64,000 bases of DNA from a virus (taxonomy: Duplodnaviria > Heunggongvirae > Uroviricota > Caudoviricetes): the IMG/VR virus record IMGVR_UViG_3300034106_001169; one strand, written 5' to 3'. Both the position numbers and the translations under genes were made by a program. Below, piece after piece: positions 27,301 through 35,028 of this stretch (the first letter of the stretch is position 1; every line of letters begins with the position of its first letter). The notes beneath the pieces were generated by a model that was not told the DNA's origin, made no database searches, and saw only the letters and a list, made by a program, of their open reading frames with translations.

Positions 27301-29274
27301 ACTTTGTAATATGTCTTGTGTATTAACCCCTGCTGTGAACAACATGTTATTTACCTCAGGAATACGCAAGTCATAACTACCCACCTTAGCTAAAGAATAC
27401 ACCATTTTATCTAATATCTCTGATGTATAGCCAGGTTGATTACTATACTTTCTACCTAAAGAATCATATAAGTCATTTATGTTCTTTGTGATTCTTGCAA
27501 TGTTTGTAAGTCTCTTTAAGAAGTCTTCTCTAGTTTCACCAGCATTTACAATACCATTTGCAACCAATTGTTGGAAGCCTTCTTCTGTAGCTGATTGTTG
27601 AGAATAATAAGATAACTCTTCTCCAATAGAATCCACCTTACCATATTTAACTCTTGGCATAATGTAAGATAATGTAAAGTCTGTCTCAAAGTCTTTCTCT
27701 GAAACCTTATCATTATTTACAATAGATTGTTGTCTAGCCTTTTGAGAACCAATACCAATACCAATATATCTAGCATAGTCTCCAAGTACATTTTCAATAT
27801 TGCTTTGTTTCAAAGCACCTAGAGCTATATCTGTATTAGCTCTTCTTTGACCACCTGTACCTAATATACCTTGTTGTTGAATTGTATTTCTAATTTGTTG
27901 AATACCACCAGACAAGCCACCAATTAAGATGCTCTCTAAACCTTCTTTAGTAGAGATGGCATCATCTACACCCTTACCAAGTACGTTACCCATAGTACCA
28001 CTTAGAGCAGTCAAGAAGTCTTGTGTACCTTGTCTGTTTCTAAAAGCTCTATTGAAATAATCATTTGTACCTACTTGGATGGCAAACTGTGCACCTTCTT
28101 CAAATGCTTCTGTAGGAGCAAAGAATAGTTTAGAAACATCCTTTGATCTTTGTAACACTTTTCCAAACTTAGTAGAGGGAACCACTTCTGTAAAAGCAGC
28201 ACCTTGTCCTTTCTTTTCAATCTGATTAAGTAACAACTTATCAGCTCTGTTAGAAGAACCTAATATCTTTGGAAGTTGAATATAGTTTGTACCAGTTAAT
28301 AATAAAGTATTCATTCCCCAAGTGAAGTTACCAACGCTACTTACGTAGTCATCAAGTTCTTCTAGGTCAGCACCTGTAGGATTCTTACCATATTTTTGAA
28401 CATATTGTTCTATTGCCTTTTGTCTGAAATCATTTGCATTCTGTAAAGCCTCTAATGAAGCTTCACCAAATGTACCCATTGTAGAAGCAACAATTCTTTC
28501 AGGATCATTTAATAACTTACCTATAGGAGTCTTTAAATATTTCTGTGCTACAGAATTAAGAGCACCATCAAATGCAGCAAATTGATTTACTTTAGGAACA
28601 GCTTGCATTGCTCCCTCTGCAGCAGTAACAGCTTCTAATCCATATCCAGCTCTAACCAATGCATTTGTTGTACCTAGTGTTTTTAATAGTTTAGCCCAAG
28701 CTACACCACCACCTAATGCACCCACTGTATAACCTAAGTTCTTCATCAGTTTATCTGAGAAGAAGTTAGCAGTCCATATATTATCAGGAGACCACCAATC
28801 AGCATCTCTTTCTTTTGTTGTATAATAGTTAGGAGCAGTATCTTCCAATCCTTGAATAAATGTCTTATCCATGTTTCTAGTCAAATCATTATTATAAAGA
28901 CTAGAAAACTTTCCATCTTTTATAGCAGATCCAACACCATAAACAAGACCAGCTGTACCAGAAACAAGAGAAGCAGTTGCAGTGCCAAAAAACTTAATAG
29001 CACCATTCTTCCATCTATCTGCTGAAGATTGTTGTTGAGCATATGCTTCCTCAAGATTCTCACCAGGTCTAACAGCAGCATATCTTTCACCAACGTATAG
29101 GTTAGCTGTAGGAATAGCTTCCACACCTGTTGGTTTAGCAGTGCTTAATCCTTGTGTATACAAGTCAGTTATAGAAGGAGCAGGACCTTTAGATTGTCTA
29201 ATGTCTGTATTAACTACAGGTGTCTTTGGAAAACCTTCAATTGTACCCCCTAAATTTACTATTTTATCTGGCAT
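18307..29274 (-). CDS. Giant virion protein (3655 aa) containing a double-psi beta-barrel RNA-polymerase catalytic domain (crAss-like virion RNAP candidate)
   Basis: Translation of 20698..20835 (minus) gives FRIPTQGLNSAEVFRIKGFLPEFMGKTIVVPSEITTKAGSDFDIDKL. This parallels the beta-prime stretch NRAPTLHRLGIQAFEP…AYNADFDGDQMAV (RxPT… then DFDGD), with G replaced by I as in crAss-like phage vRNAPs. The position, after the tail genes in the late block, matches crAss-like genome layout. Confidence 0.65.
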   Translation of the reverse strand: MPDKIVNLGGTIEGFPKTPVVNTDIRQSKGPAPSITDLYTQGLSTAKPTGVEAIPTANLYVGERYAAVRPGENLEEAYAQQQSSADRWKNGAIKFFGTATASLVSGTAGLVYGVGSAIKDGKFSSLYNNDLTRNMDKTFIQGLEDTAPNYYTTKERDADWWSPDNIWTANFFSDKLMKNLGYTVGALGGGVAWAKLLKTLGTTNALVRAGYGLEAVTAAEGAMQAVPKVNQFAAFDGALNSVAQKYLKTPIGKLLNDPERIVASTMGTFGEASLEALQNANDFRQKAIEQYVQKYGKNPTGADLEELDDYVSSVGNFTWGMNTLLLTGTNYIQLPKILGSSNRADKLLLNQIEKKGQGAAFTEVVPSTKFGKVLQRSKDVSKLFFAPTEAFEEGAQFAIQVGTNDYFNRAFRNRQGTQDFLTALSGTMGNVLGKGVDDAISTKEGLESILIGGLSGGIQQIRNTIQQQGILGTGGQRRANTDIALGALKQSNIENVLGDYARYIGIGIGSQKARQQSIVNNDKVSEKDFETDFTLSYIMPRVKYGKVDSIGEELSYYSQQSATEEGFQQLVANGIVNAGETREDFLKRLTNIARITKNINDLYDSLGRKYSNQPGYTSEILDKMVYSLAKVGSYDLRIPEVNNMLFTAGVNTQDILQSIIKENKPNKEAVQESLKQINEMDVTSETKDDLKTALSDIIELGLRRKLFIDEYDAIKSKPTDFQFKPDVEFGAAGEVPVTVIEEEEDVTSEGQFFPIQTERKLEVGKEYFLKQPVRKQDNTLTLAPKIKVLSQTLGGEYEVQLPRGDVRFLTPEDFATIDLADEGAESPELKDIMDAAIDNVLSTPEFAGVTLPEGEDKLAYINSLDNAQLIDAVETEFNTLSETYLKEQADLQANREKMNAVADKIKSAQTDIAATSGVVPTGNNDEDLMNTPSPKETPKKDAGILFTSSTSASVDWEKTLAPNITRYNEFINKVKTFKNKKNIKAIVVTQKQEAALGLAGLGELSFREGNFDTALLNDPIYGFIGLVFVEDKKGERQFVDKNGNPIGKVGEQVELNKVVFTGMPAAKLDNSKGEPRNRAGQEEQAALELAAYEVYRKDLREAAEEEYPIFNFTPSRGIANTDDVKKSVGGVLIPENQIATQQVLTVVTKEGIDHIDGITYKFPNGRPVFQNQDTLEYLNNSNLTKDQASAVYNVLKAMSNEAKQQIAAKKPVKFNEIYKRFLQGVTFYTNADAVANGVGEGSGNRIYIEGSILHIGSNTYDFANIEKQEIPIVSDLQGVFHNVNSFTVNLGLGEPFIEFYVDAAGKLAQRNWKNYQSYLLASKNPDGSGRIAPLTTTVAKPTEAVPYTHKQKYIILNGLELPKQSVVKPAETGVETYKSNVGDVTYKVTTDSKGDFTVELVGENPNIQKIVDNPQLMAVATQQLKDLGKYDELDQPIETAAKFAVEFITAKLVKDRVEVAPVEEKAEQAEQPKNINIGDAEYRRIGRTDVDRISDAELALFKEWHAKNAKNIPYQVLENVITINNTEKAWGAFENGVAKFFKGAQRGTEYHEIFEGIWKGFLSQGEQQSILDEFKAQTGSFLDRESGRRIDYADATDQQAKERIADDFAEFRLGKLPARNLTEKIKNFFKAIMDFFKSFVNKPTLKEDLFKAINTGEFADRTLPETVKNQAAEYRKIEGINAKQTNEFVQDITARVFGEIFANNSSLFNIEDITSFDLFNRIREKYIQNNVIGDNPVTQISENQYAKLVERTKEFLKTYRIEFDEDSRVTVNDDGANRKDYAAEAFTVNFKKSSPYAVKLLIGTLIKTKGLSREADTSSIGGLKLLPFNQAFTTLMNRLSNTRSIPEFVSKLHELAKENSDYIRLFERLGGNLTTGKIDFNSYKPHDIRLFTNFYQVFTKQRPDALAMFMDGNNVYTAPANQASAIAATRSEWIENMKTKAEQPGSVISFNGKVYKVKKEDYNIKLPQDKIEFLAQLGIEFPMAVYNKVKNKKAFGDAVTGIKIGLSKTDELMSFGGRKLGIRTQLNELAKLYTVAASPAEDSTYFGVDGNRIQSDTDANYPSLLEYVFNSSDTLEELKQNMPQLNDVFSTNSQVLKLGGNFFDEEGNRIAEIKLQYIQGVKDVVDNEGKTTSSLSIGDRYITEMNQNLDGRYYVLIPADSSREWMMNLGNTIAYTDVAAGNADKLFTDTFLGYLKDEIKLAQDSTNRSKLRNVEDKATELRFLKDMLPANLLKKIQKLIDNRASEESINTFINTNREDLDAGILKSLNDTVTKTRQNLIDTNKLIFSLTVSVQFAADKYIMPELENRFTEKAGLNKLALADQDVNNVIKFANANYMINNVEFHKILFGDPYQFKIEGNQLDETKRIKSFLSPRRITVNSDEFNNLFNSEYNTVAGVQLTSEDYGYHEHKNFAKTFTAADVEVTDSFYPKTNEADAASWIMDGAFKEVKLKNGQWSDEAEDWHQWQMAYTRQNVPGYKYRSEALRKHDEALIEQSEPKNFIEELKPIVSGNKFGKANFDLVLDKFSQMPLYYKAVKGTNLAKFYKKMFKEGYDYAVVVSGRKVGAEKLHKLYNEDGNFNEEAFNNTINVGWDAYGIQVENSYDKDSKQTLGSQLTKLATVDLYSDGKANNEDARKAVEKNTEVLKEMLLNGYQELLRKLSIEDLGDNFVVKDKTVVADTLRQEMLKRKMSENGIDSISIDPEIGEFYIPFEASTNYIQIKSILYSIVDKSIVSPKVNGFPAVQVPVTMWEKAGESRGEGLKKSALKFYTREDPYMEVYLPAWFKNQLVKAGVVGKTDEELIELLKDSEILKGIGFRIPTQGLNSAEVFRIKGFLPEFMGKTIVVPSEITTKAGSDFDIDKLNLYLKNIYVTPSGEIKSVPFFGYGDQAKEAIKKFIFEEDIKAMLDINSEISGSRIDDYGTLADKLYKQSLENEYFRSIETLLTLPDNFDRLTSPNTDTTLKEIAGNLDTLRGEDEGDIKNRLLDRNYMTNQRHAFLTGKRWIGIAAVNITGNSLAQKTDVFVENPQTEMALSHNKFKDGGFEHISLSGMLDQDKKYISDKLSMYANAFVDIAKDPYIMKIIYSNRVVGTFMLLERAGVPMKTVAMFMNQPIIREHIKNLDANGAPRYAISNADYIKQAKINFPASTKAIQAATVAEGNFEDNISSYAKDTMNETQNAEQHKILNEFLSYVTLADENFNFTQAINYDTSTFRNADDFYRKEMMTDRAQNKGAISSPQKVLDSSFLGTEKTVLDQSNSALGAILKFNQPEFRGVLENTIQQYAEKFYMAKDTFNRVAEKATASLLDYIIQTGRKNALNISELSFGPGSVAVKLEEDKQKYPNVQILQDLVVVSAERPNSPKTIKLKANTKEAYDENMYIGMMRELRDNPNTNQLFKDLIKVAIIQGTYQSAVSIKNIVPIEDYSTEVKDIVNTAVVDTNVQEFANNNWFQRNNWKNPDITPAIAPYIDEESITELGEFKNEIVSQYKFTGFVEIPEVGIGENDKLVLSVGERSKAAGYDMITIPRIITTKYGEMIDFMTGKTITRAGYAELKAKGDPIIGQMFGYQKVKFISGEALRTYKGKFVFKMVNLYGDGQFISEYYKFNKPSELDNNTGKVTDEIPNSEIIKYFTGIVENEVNSQPETETDLSTKDFKCKF

Positions 29275-32060
29275 TATTGTTCAGTTAAAAGTGCTTCAAT
29301 CCACTGTGCGTTTACGTTATTTGTTAAGTTCTGAAGAACTGCTTGTAAGTTTGGACTACCAGGCATTGTCATTACCTTTGATCTTCTACCATCACTTCCA
29401 AATATGTTTGAATAATATAAACCATTTTTATATACAATATTAGCTGCAGCATCATATCCACTTCCTTTCAAGTTAATAAAGTCAGGTGTCTTAAGATAAC
29501 TATCTCCTTGTATGTATGTTGATTTTTCCTTAGGGTCACCTTTAGAAGTTTGGTCACCATTTGCATTTAAATAAGTTCTAACATTGGTAACTTCTTTTGG
29601 TTCGTATAATGTAGAAGGATTAACACCAAGTCCTCTAGCTTCATCATCTGCTATAATCATACCTCCTAATCTCTTATTATCATCTCCACCATATGCTACA
29701 ACTTCAACTAAAGGTTTACTTCCAGGACCTGTAATAACTTGTGCTTCAAAAGTAACATCTTTTTTACCAACATTAGAAGCAAAGCTTTTAAAGTCAGGAG
29801 AAATATTCTTTCCTGAAGTATTATAATTACCAGCAAATCTTGTTAATTTATCTACCATCACCTTATCATCTCCAGCATCTCCACTTAATAATCCAGCTTT
29901 TAAGTTTGGTTGAACATTATAAAATCCTTTTACAACATTTGCTTTTGTCTTTAATATATCAGCATAGTCATCTCCTAACTTATCATATATCTTATTTACT
30001 TGAGACAAGTCTATTCCTGGGAATGCACCTCTTCCTGGAAGAGGGATACCTTTACCAATTGAATTGATTGCAAGGTTTCCTATAGCTTTAGCAGATCTTA
30101 TAGTATTTGTTATTGGACCAGCATCTTCTCCATATTGTAATAGTGCAAGATCAAGTAATTCTTTTTTACCTTTTGCATCCATTCTAGCCTCAGCCTTTCT
30201 AGCTTGATCTCTTGCTCCTTTATCATTTAAAAAACCAACAGAAGATGCATTACCTTTTAAGTATAGTGCTATATCATAAAAATCATCTGGAGTTAATACA
30301 ACTGCTTTACCATCAACTAATCCTCCAACAGACTTTATACCTTCTGTTATCTTTGCTTTGTTTACATCTTTACCTAATATATTTCCTGTCACTTCATCTA
30401 CCTTTCTTTTGACAGTATTTAACATATCAAAGTTTCTTTTTGAAGCACTGTATAAATAATAAGCATCTTGAACATCAGGGTTGTTTCTTTTTTCTTGAGC
30501 AGTCATAGTGTTCATAGCTACTGTAGATTTATCACCCCATCTAGCTCTAAAGTTTTCTGGAGTTTCTTTATTCTGAGCTGCTGTACTATCAAGTAAGTTT
30601 TTAATAGCTTGATCTCTACTAGTACCTTGTGCCATCATTCTATCAAGCTTAGCTTGATTTCCAGGAACTTTAGAAATAGCAGCACTCCAAATAAAGTTAT
30701 CTGCAGAATTAGTATAGTTATCTGCAGCACTTGCATAATCTGATTCAAAATTAGAAATTAAATCAACATTACCTGGCATATCAGCTTGTTCAAAACCACT
30801 ACCTGCTCCAAAATCATCAGGTATACCATCACCATTAGTATCAATACCTTTACCTTTAGTTCCTTTCATTTGTGCAAGAACTAATTGTAATTGTCTATCT
30901 TTTGCTTTTTCTCCTAAATTAATTTCAATCTCCTTAATTTTCAAAGCTCTATCTTGAGCCCATCTAGATTGTTCATTAGCTTCTTGTAAAAGTTTGAAGT
31001 TAGCATCCCAACCTGGGTTGCTCATTGATGTTTCTTTAGTTTTCATCTCACCAAACATTGTGGTGAATCTACTTTTAACATCATCCTTATATAACAAAGA
31101 TCTGATAGCATCTGGATTATCCTGAGTTACAGACATTATATCATCATACTGACTTCTTATATTATTCTTCTTTAATTCAAGTTGATCTATCTGAGCTTGG
31201 ACATCCTTACCTGTACCTTTTTTTAAAGCAAGTTCATTTATCTCCTCATCATACTTAGCAATCATATTTTCCTTTTGAGCGTTAACCTTTTGAGCTAACA
31301 TATCTGGAGAATAGTTTTTGTATTCATATTCACCTGAGATACCTAATTGCTGACTCACTCTACTATCAGAAAAGATTTGTTCTATAGTTTGTTTTACCTT
31401 CTCTGGAAATCTACCTTCCTGCTCTAGTCTTTTCATCACTGGAGAATAAATAGGCTTGCCTGATTTATCAACTTTTATATTACCATTTCCATCTGTTTCA
31501 TAAACCATATCTGTTGTAAAACCATCAGGCTTTACAGAATCAAATGTTTCTTTAGCAAACTTCTGTACATCAAAATAAGGGATATAACCTGCTGAAAACT
31601 TTTGACCAGCTTTATCAGAAGACAACCAACTGTTAGCTTTCTTATTAAAGAAATCAACATTAGCTGGACTTGACTTACCTTCATCTACATCCTTCTGTAA
31701 CTTAGAAAGTTCTTTTCTATAATTGGCTGTAGAGTATACAGCATTCTGAACTGTAGGGTCTTTGATAACTTGGGTAGCCATACCTCCCACAGAGTTAACT
31801 AATTGCTGATTAGAGAAGTCTCCTGCTGCAACAGTCTTTAATCTACTACCCAAGTCATTTAGCTTGGACTGTAGATACTTTTTGTCAGCATCATTGACAA
31901 CGTCCATACCAGCAATATTATCTACATATCCCTGGATTTTTTGCACACCTTGGTCATACTGTTGTTGCTTTTGAGTGCCAACAGTGACCATTGCTTCTAT
32001 CAAAGGGGCCTTTGATACGTATGGGTTAAAGGTTGATATTTGATCTGTAAACGATGCCAT
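29274..32060 (-). CDS. Large virion protein (928 aa), function unknown
   Basis: Long ORF, 1-nt overlap with the downstream giant ORF, coiled-coil-like segments. No motif recognised. Confidence 0.5.
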   Translation of the reverse strand: MASFTDQISTFNPYVSKAPLIEAMVTVGTQKQQQYDQGVQKIQGYVDNIAGMDVVNDADKKYLQSKLNDLGSRLKTVAAGDFSNQQLVNSVGGMATQVIKDPTVQNAVYSTANYRKELSKLQKDVDEGKSSPANVDFFNKKANSWLSSDKAGQKFSAGYIPYFDVQKFAKETFDSVKPDGFTTDMVYETDGNGNIKVDKSGKPIYSPVMKRLEQEGRFPEKVKQTIEQIFSDSRVSQQLGISGEYEYKNYSPDMLAQKVNAQKENMIAKYDEEINELALKKGTGKDVQAQIDQLELKKNNIRSQYDDIMSVTQDNPDAIRSLLYKDDVKSRFTTMFGEMKTKETSMSNPGWDANFKLLQEANEQSRWAQDRALKIKEIEINLGEKAKDRQLQLVLAQMKGTKGKGIDTNGDGIPDDFGAGSGFEQADMPGNVDLISNFESDYASAADNYTNSADNFIWSAAISKVPGNQAKLDRMMAQGTSRDQAIKNLLDSTAAQNKETPENFRARWGDKSTVAMNTMTAQEKRNNPDVQDAYYLYSASKRNFDMLNTVKRKVDEVTGNILGKDVNKAKITEGIKSVGGLVDGKAVVLTPDDFYDIALYLKGNASSVGFLNDKGARDQARKAEARMDAKGKKELLDLALLQYGEDAGPITNTIRSAKAIGNLAINSIGKGIPLPGRGAFPGIDLSQVNKIYDKLGDDYADILKTKANVVKGFYNVQPNLKAGLLSGDAGDDKVMVDKLTRFAGNYNTSGKNISPDFKSFASNVGKKDVTFEAQVITGPGSKPLVEVVAYGGDDNKRLGGMIIADDEARGLGVNPSTLYEPKEVTNVRTYLNANGDQTSKGDPKEKSTYIQGDSYLKTPDFINLKGSGYDAAANIVYKNGLYYSNIFGSDGRRSKVMTMPGSPNLQAVLQNLTNNVNAQWIEALLTEQ

Positions 32061-32136
32061 AATACAAAATTAATTTAAAATATTAGAATTACCAAGAGTA
32101 ATAACATTTTTTGGTAAATCACTATAACTTAATTAG

Positions 32137-35010
32137 TTATAGATTTTTTAAAGCTTGAACAATAGAACCATTTCTGCTTGTCTTAGAAGTTCTGGTTCTT
32201 TCTTTACTTCCTGTAATATTGCCAGTTTTATCTCTACTAACAATTCTCTCATATAGGTCTTTTATTTTACTTTTATCTAAGTTTGATAAACCTTCTATGC
32301 CAACTCCTTCAGGTATATTAAACTGAGCAGGAGCGTTAGTATTGTAAGCTACACCACTTGGAGAGAATCTGTAGTTGTACATGTTCTCATAAACGTTAAG
32401 TGTTTGATTCTCAAGCTTGTTCTGAGCAGTCTTAGCAGCAATAGATTTAAGAGCTTCAAGAGCTTGAGCTCTAGTGTTAGATTTAGCTTGGGCCTGTCTA
32501 ACGTATTGTTGATCAAGGATTTGTAAGTTTTTCAACTGAGCATCATTTAACAAAGCTCTGTTTCTATTGTAAGTACCCATCTTGTTAGCTTGATTGACTC
32601 TGCTTTGTTCTCCCAATACTCTGTTCTTAGCTTCTAATGACTGAGCCATAATCTGTGCTTGGGCTGCTGGATTTGAACCTGCAGCTCTGATGGCAGCTCT
32701 AGACTGAGAGTCAATAGCATTAATCTGATCATTAAAAGAAATGTCATATGGAGTATCTAACATTGGCTGGAAGGTTTGAGCCTGTACAGGTTCTAACTGA
32801 TTGGTAGCCATTGCATAATATTCAGGATATATCTCTTCAGGGTCAAGACCTAATTTAGTTCTAGGTCTTAAGAATGGAGCAATGTTTGACAAAGCCATTT
32901 GACCTAATCCTTTCCAATCAAAACCTTTTCCTTTGTCTGAAGCTTCTTCAGCTCCACCAACCCCACCAGGAAGTAAGTTATTACTTGTACTTAACTTATC
33001 ACCAGTCACTGTAACTGTAGGAAGAGTTGTATTCATTGAACTATATCCTGGTTGATAAGGTATTTGAGTATATTCATCTCTTGTAGGAACTCCACTTAAT
33101 GCTGAAGATACAACATTATTTACAATATCTCTTCCTGTAGGGCCAGGATATAAATCAGGAGCATCTGAAAATGGTGTACCACTATATGGAACATTAGTTC
33201 CTTTTTGTGCTATCATACGAGGATCTTTTTCTTTTACTAATTTGCCTTGTGCTAACTCATCACTTTTAACACCTAACTCACTAGCTGTATCAAGAATAGC
33301 ATTCTGAACAGCTGCTAAGTTTTGTTTTAAAATAGCTGCACTTCTTAATTTCATGTTGGCTCCCATAAGTTGAGCTTGACTTGTATTCATTTTCAATTGA
33401 TCAAACCCACTATTTCCTGTAGTCATATCAGCTCTTTCTGTAGCTTTTTCTATTAGCTTATTTTGTTTCTTTTCTACATTGCTTATATCTGTAGCAACAT
33501 GTTTAAACTTCTTACCTTTTGCATCTGCTATACCAAACTCATCAGCAGCCATTTGTGATAATTTCATATTACCAAATACCACCATGCTGCTATCACGTCC
33601 ACCATCTTTTAACTTAACTGCTGGTTCACCACCTTCAACTTCTACACCATTCTCACCAAAGTTAATAGGGATACCACCATTATCATGTGATCTACCTTTG
33701 AACATAACTGTCTCACCACCATCTGGTAAGAAAGGATTATAAGAAATAGTTTCTGCTTTACCACCTTCAATTACTTCTAAGTCACCATTCATATCTGATG
33801 CTTTACCATTTTGAGCTTTAGGCATATCTGGTCTACCAGTGTATAATGCTGACGCACTAGGAGGAGTATAAGGTACTTGTGCAAGATGACCACCACTTCT
33901 TAACATATCTGCATCATAAGGAGGCTTTAACAAATCTTTAACATTGTATTCACCAAACTTAGCAATCACTTGTGGTTGCCATGTATGGCTCACCCACTTA
34001 TATTCATCACCCATTTTACCACCATCTTTCATAGACTTACTAAACTGACCACTTTGCAATTGATTTTGCCATGCTGCTTGTTGACTATTAAGAGCAGCTT
34101 GATCTTGATACTTTTTTAATTCTCTAGCATCTTTAGCACCACCTAATAAGTTACCTCCAACTTGACCTATTATTTTACCAGCCATACCACCAAGAGGACC
34201 ACCTAACATAGTACCTATAGTTTCACCTGCAGCACCACCAATTTGTGCTTGACCAGAATCTTGGAAGTACTCTCCTAATTCTGCTTTGGGCATCTTACCA
34301 CCTTTCTTGTATTGTTTTAGATTTTTAGATTCAATTGGTTCATATCCACCATCTGTATAAATATCACCAGGGTTATATATATTTTGAATCTCTGTAGGAT
34401 TGCCACCAATCATTGTACCATTCTGAGCTGCTAAATAGTTTGTACCTGTACCATAAGGACTACCCAATTGTCCAGGTTGTACTAAAGAATCTTCTGGTCT
34501 TACATACTTACGCTCAACTTTTTCTCTTGTAGTAGCAGCTTGGCTAGCAAGTCCTGCTAGTTGAGCTGATTGATTAGCCTTCTTGATATTTTTCTTTTGT
34601 TGACCTATTGCTTGTGCACCACCTATAATTGCTGGTAATGCATTAAGACCAGCCATAGCTGCACCTGCTGCATCAAATCCACCACCAGCAGGTTTTACAT
34701 TACCAAATCCTTCAGGAGGAGGAGTTGATCCATAACCTGCAGCCATTGTATCATACTGACTTACAGACTTTCCACTCATAGGCATTTGAAACATTCCTGT
34801 ATTAGGATTAACTGAACTACCATATTGAGCAATAGGAGGATTACCAAAGTCAGTCAACTGATGTAATTGATCATTAACCATTTTACTTCCCATAGCAGCT
34901 TTCTTAAATGCTTTACCATGAGCTTTCATAAATGCTTCCTCTGATGGATACTTCTTATAGAACTCCTTCTCAGATTTAACTTTAGCTATCTTTAACATTT
35001 GGTCTTTCAT
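32137..35010 (-). CDS. Gly/Gln-rich large virion protein (957 aa), possibly an internal/ejection protein
   Basis: Low-complexity Gly-rich segments (GGAAGETIGTMLGGPLGGMAGKIIGQVGGNLLGG) and Gln/Asn-rich C-terminal half. No enzymatic motif recognised. Confidence 0.5.
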   Translation of the reverse strand: MKDQMLKIAKVKSEKEFYKKYPSEEAFMKAHGKAFKKAAMGSKMVNDQLHQLTDFGNPPIAQYGSSVNPNTGMFQMPMSGKSVSQYDTMAAGYGSTPPPEGFGNVKPAGGGFDAAGAAMAGLNALPAIIGGAQAIGQQKKNIKKANQSAQLAGLASQAATTREKVERKYVRPEDSLVQPGQLGSPYGTGTNYLAAQNGTMIGGNPTEIQNIYNPGDIYTDGGYEPIESKNLKQYKKGGKMPKAELGEYFQDSGQAQIGGAAGETIGTMLGGPLGGMAGKIIGQVGGNLLGGAKDARELKKYQDQAALNSQQAAWQNQLQSGQFSKSMKDGGKMGDEYKWVSHTWQPQVIAKFGEYNVKDLLKPPYDADMLRSGGHLAQVPYTPPSASALYTGRPDMPKAQNGKASDMNGDLEVIEGGKAETISYNPFLPDGGETVMFKGRSHDNGGIPINFGENGVEVEGGEPAVKLKDGGRDSSMVVFGNMKLSQMAADEFGIADAKGKKFKHVATDISNVEKKQNKLIEKATERADMTTGNSGFDQLKMNTSQAQLMGANMKLRSAAILKQNLAAVQNAILDTASELGVKSDELAQGKLVKEKDPRMIAQKGTNVPYSGTPFSDAPDLYPGPTGRDIVNNVVSSALSGVPTRDEYTQIPYQPGYSSMNTTLPTVTVTGDKLSTSNNLLPGGVGGAEEASDKGKGFDWKGLGQMALSNIAPFLRPRTKLGLDPEEIYPEYYAMATNQLEPVQAQTFQPMLDTPYDISFNDQINAIDSQSRAAIRAAGSNPAAQAQIMAQSLEAKNRVLGEQSRVNQANKMGTYNRNRALLNDAQLKNLQILDQQYVRQAQAKSNTRAQALEALKSIAAKTAQNKLENQTLNVYENMYNYRFSPSGVAYNTNAPAQFNIPEGVGIEGLSNLDKSKIKDLYERIVSRDKTGNITGSKERTRTSKTSRNGSIVQALKNL

Positions 35011-35028
35011 ATTGAACGTTTGTATGAT

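Noticed and set aside
14034-28000. Numerous 60 to 110 aa plus-strand ORFs inside the 1668-aa and 3655-aa genes
   Set aside because: They are entirely antisense to long, continuous ORFs with coherent coding content. Ser/Leu/Phe-rich composition is expected from antisense AT-rich coding DNA.
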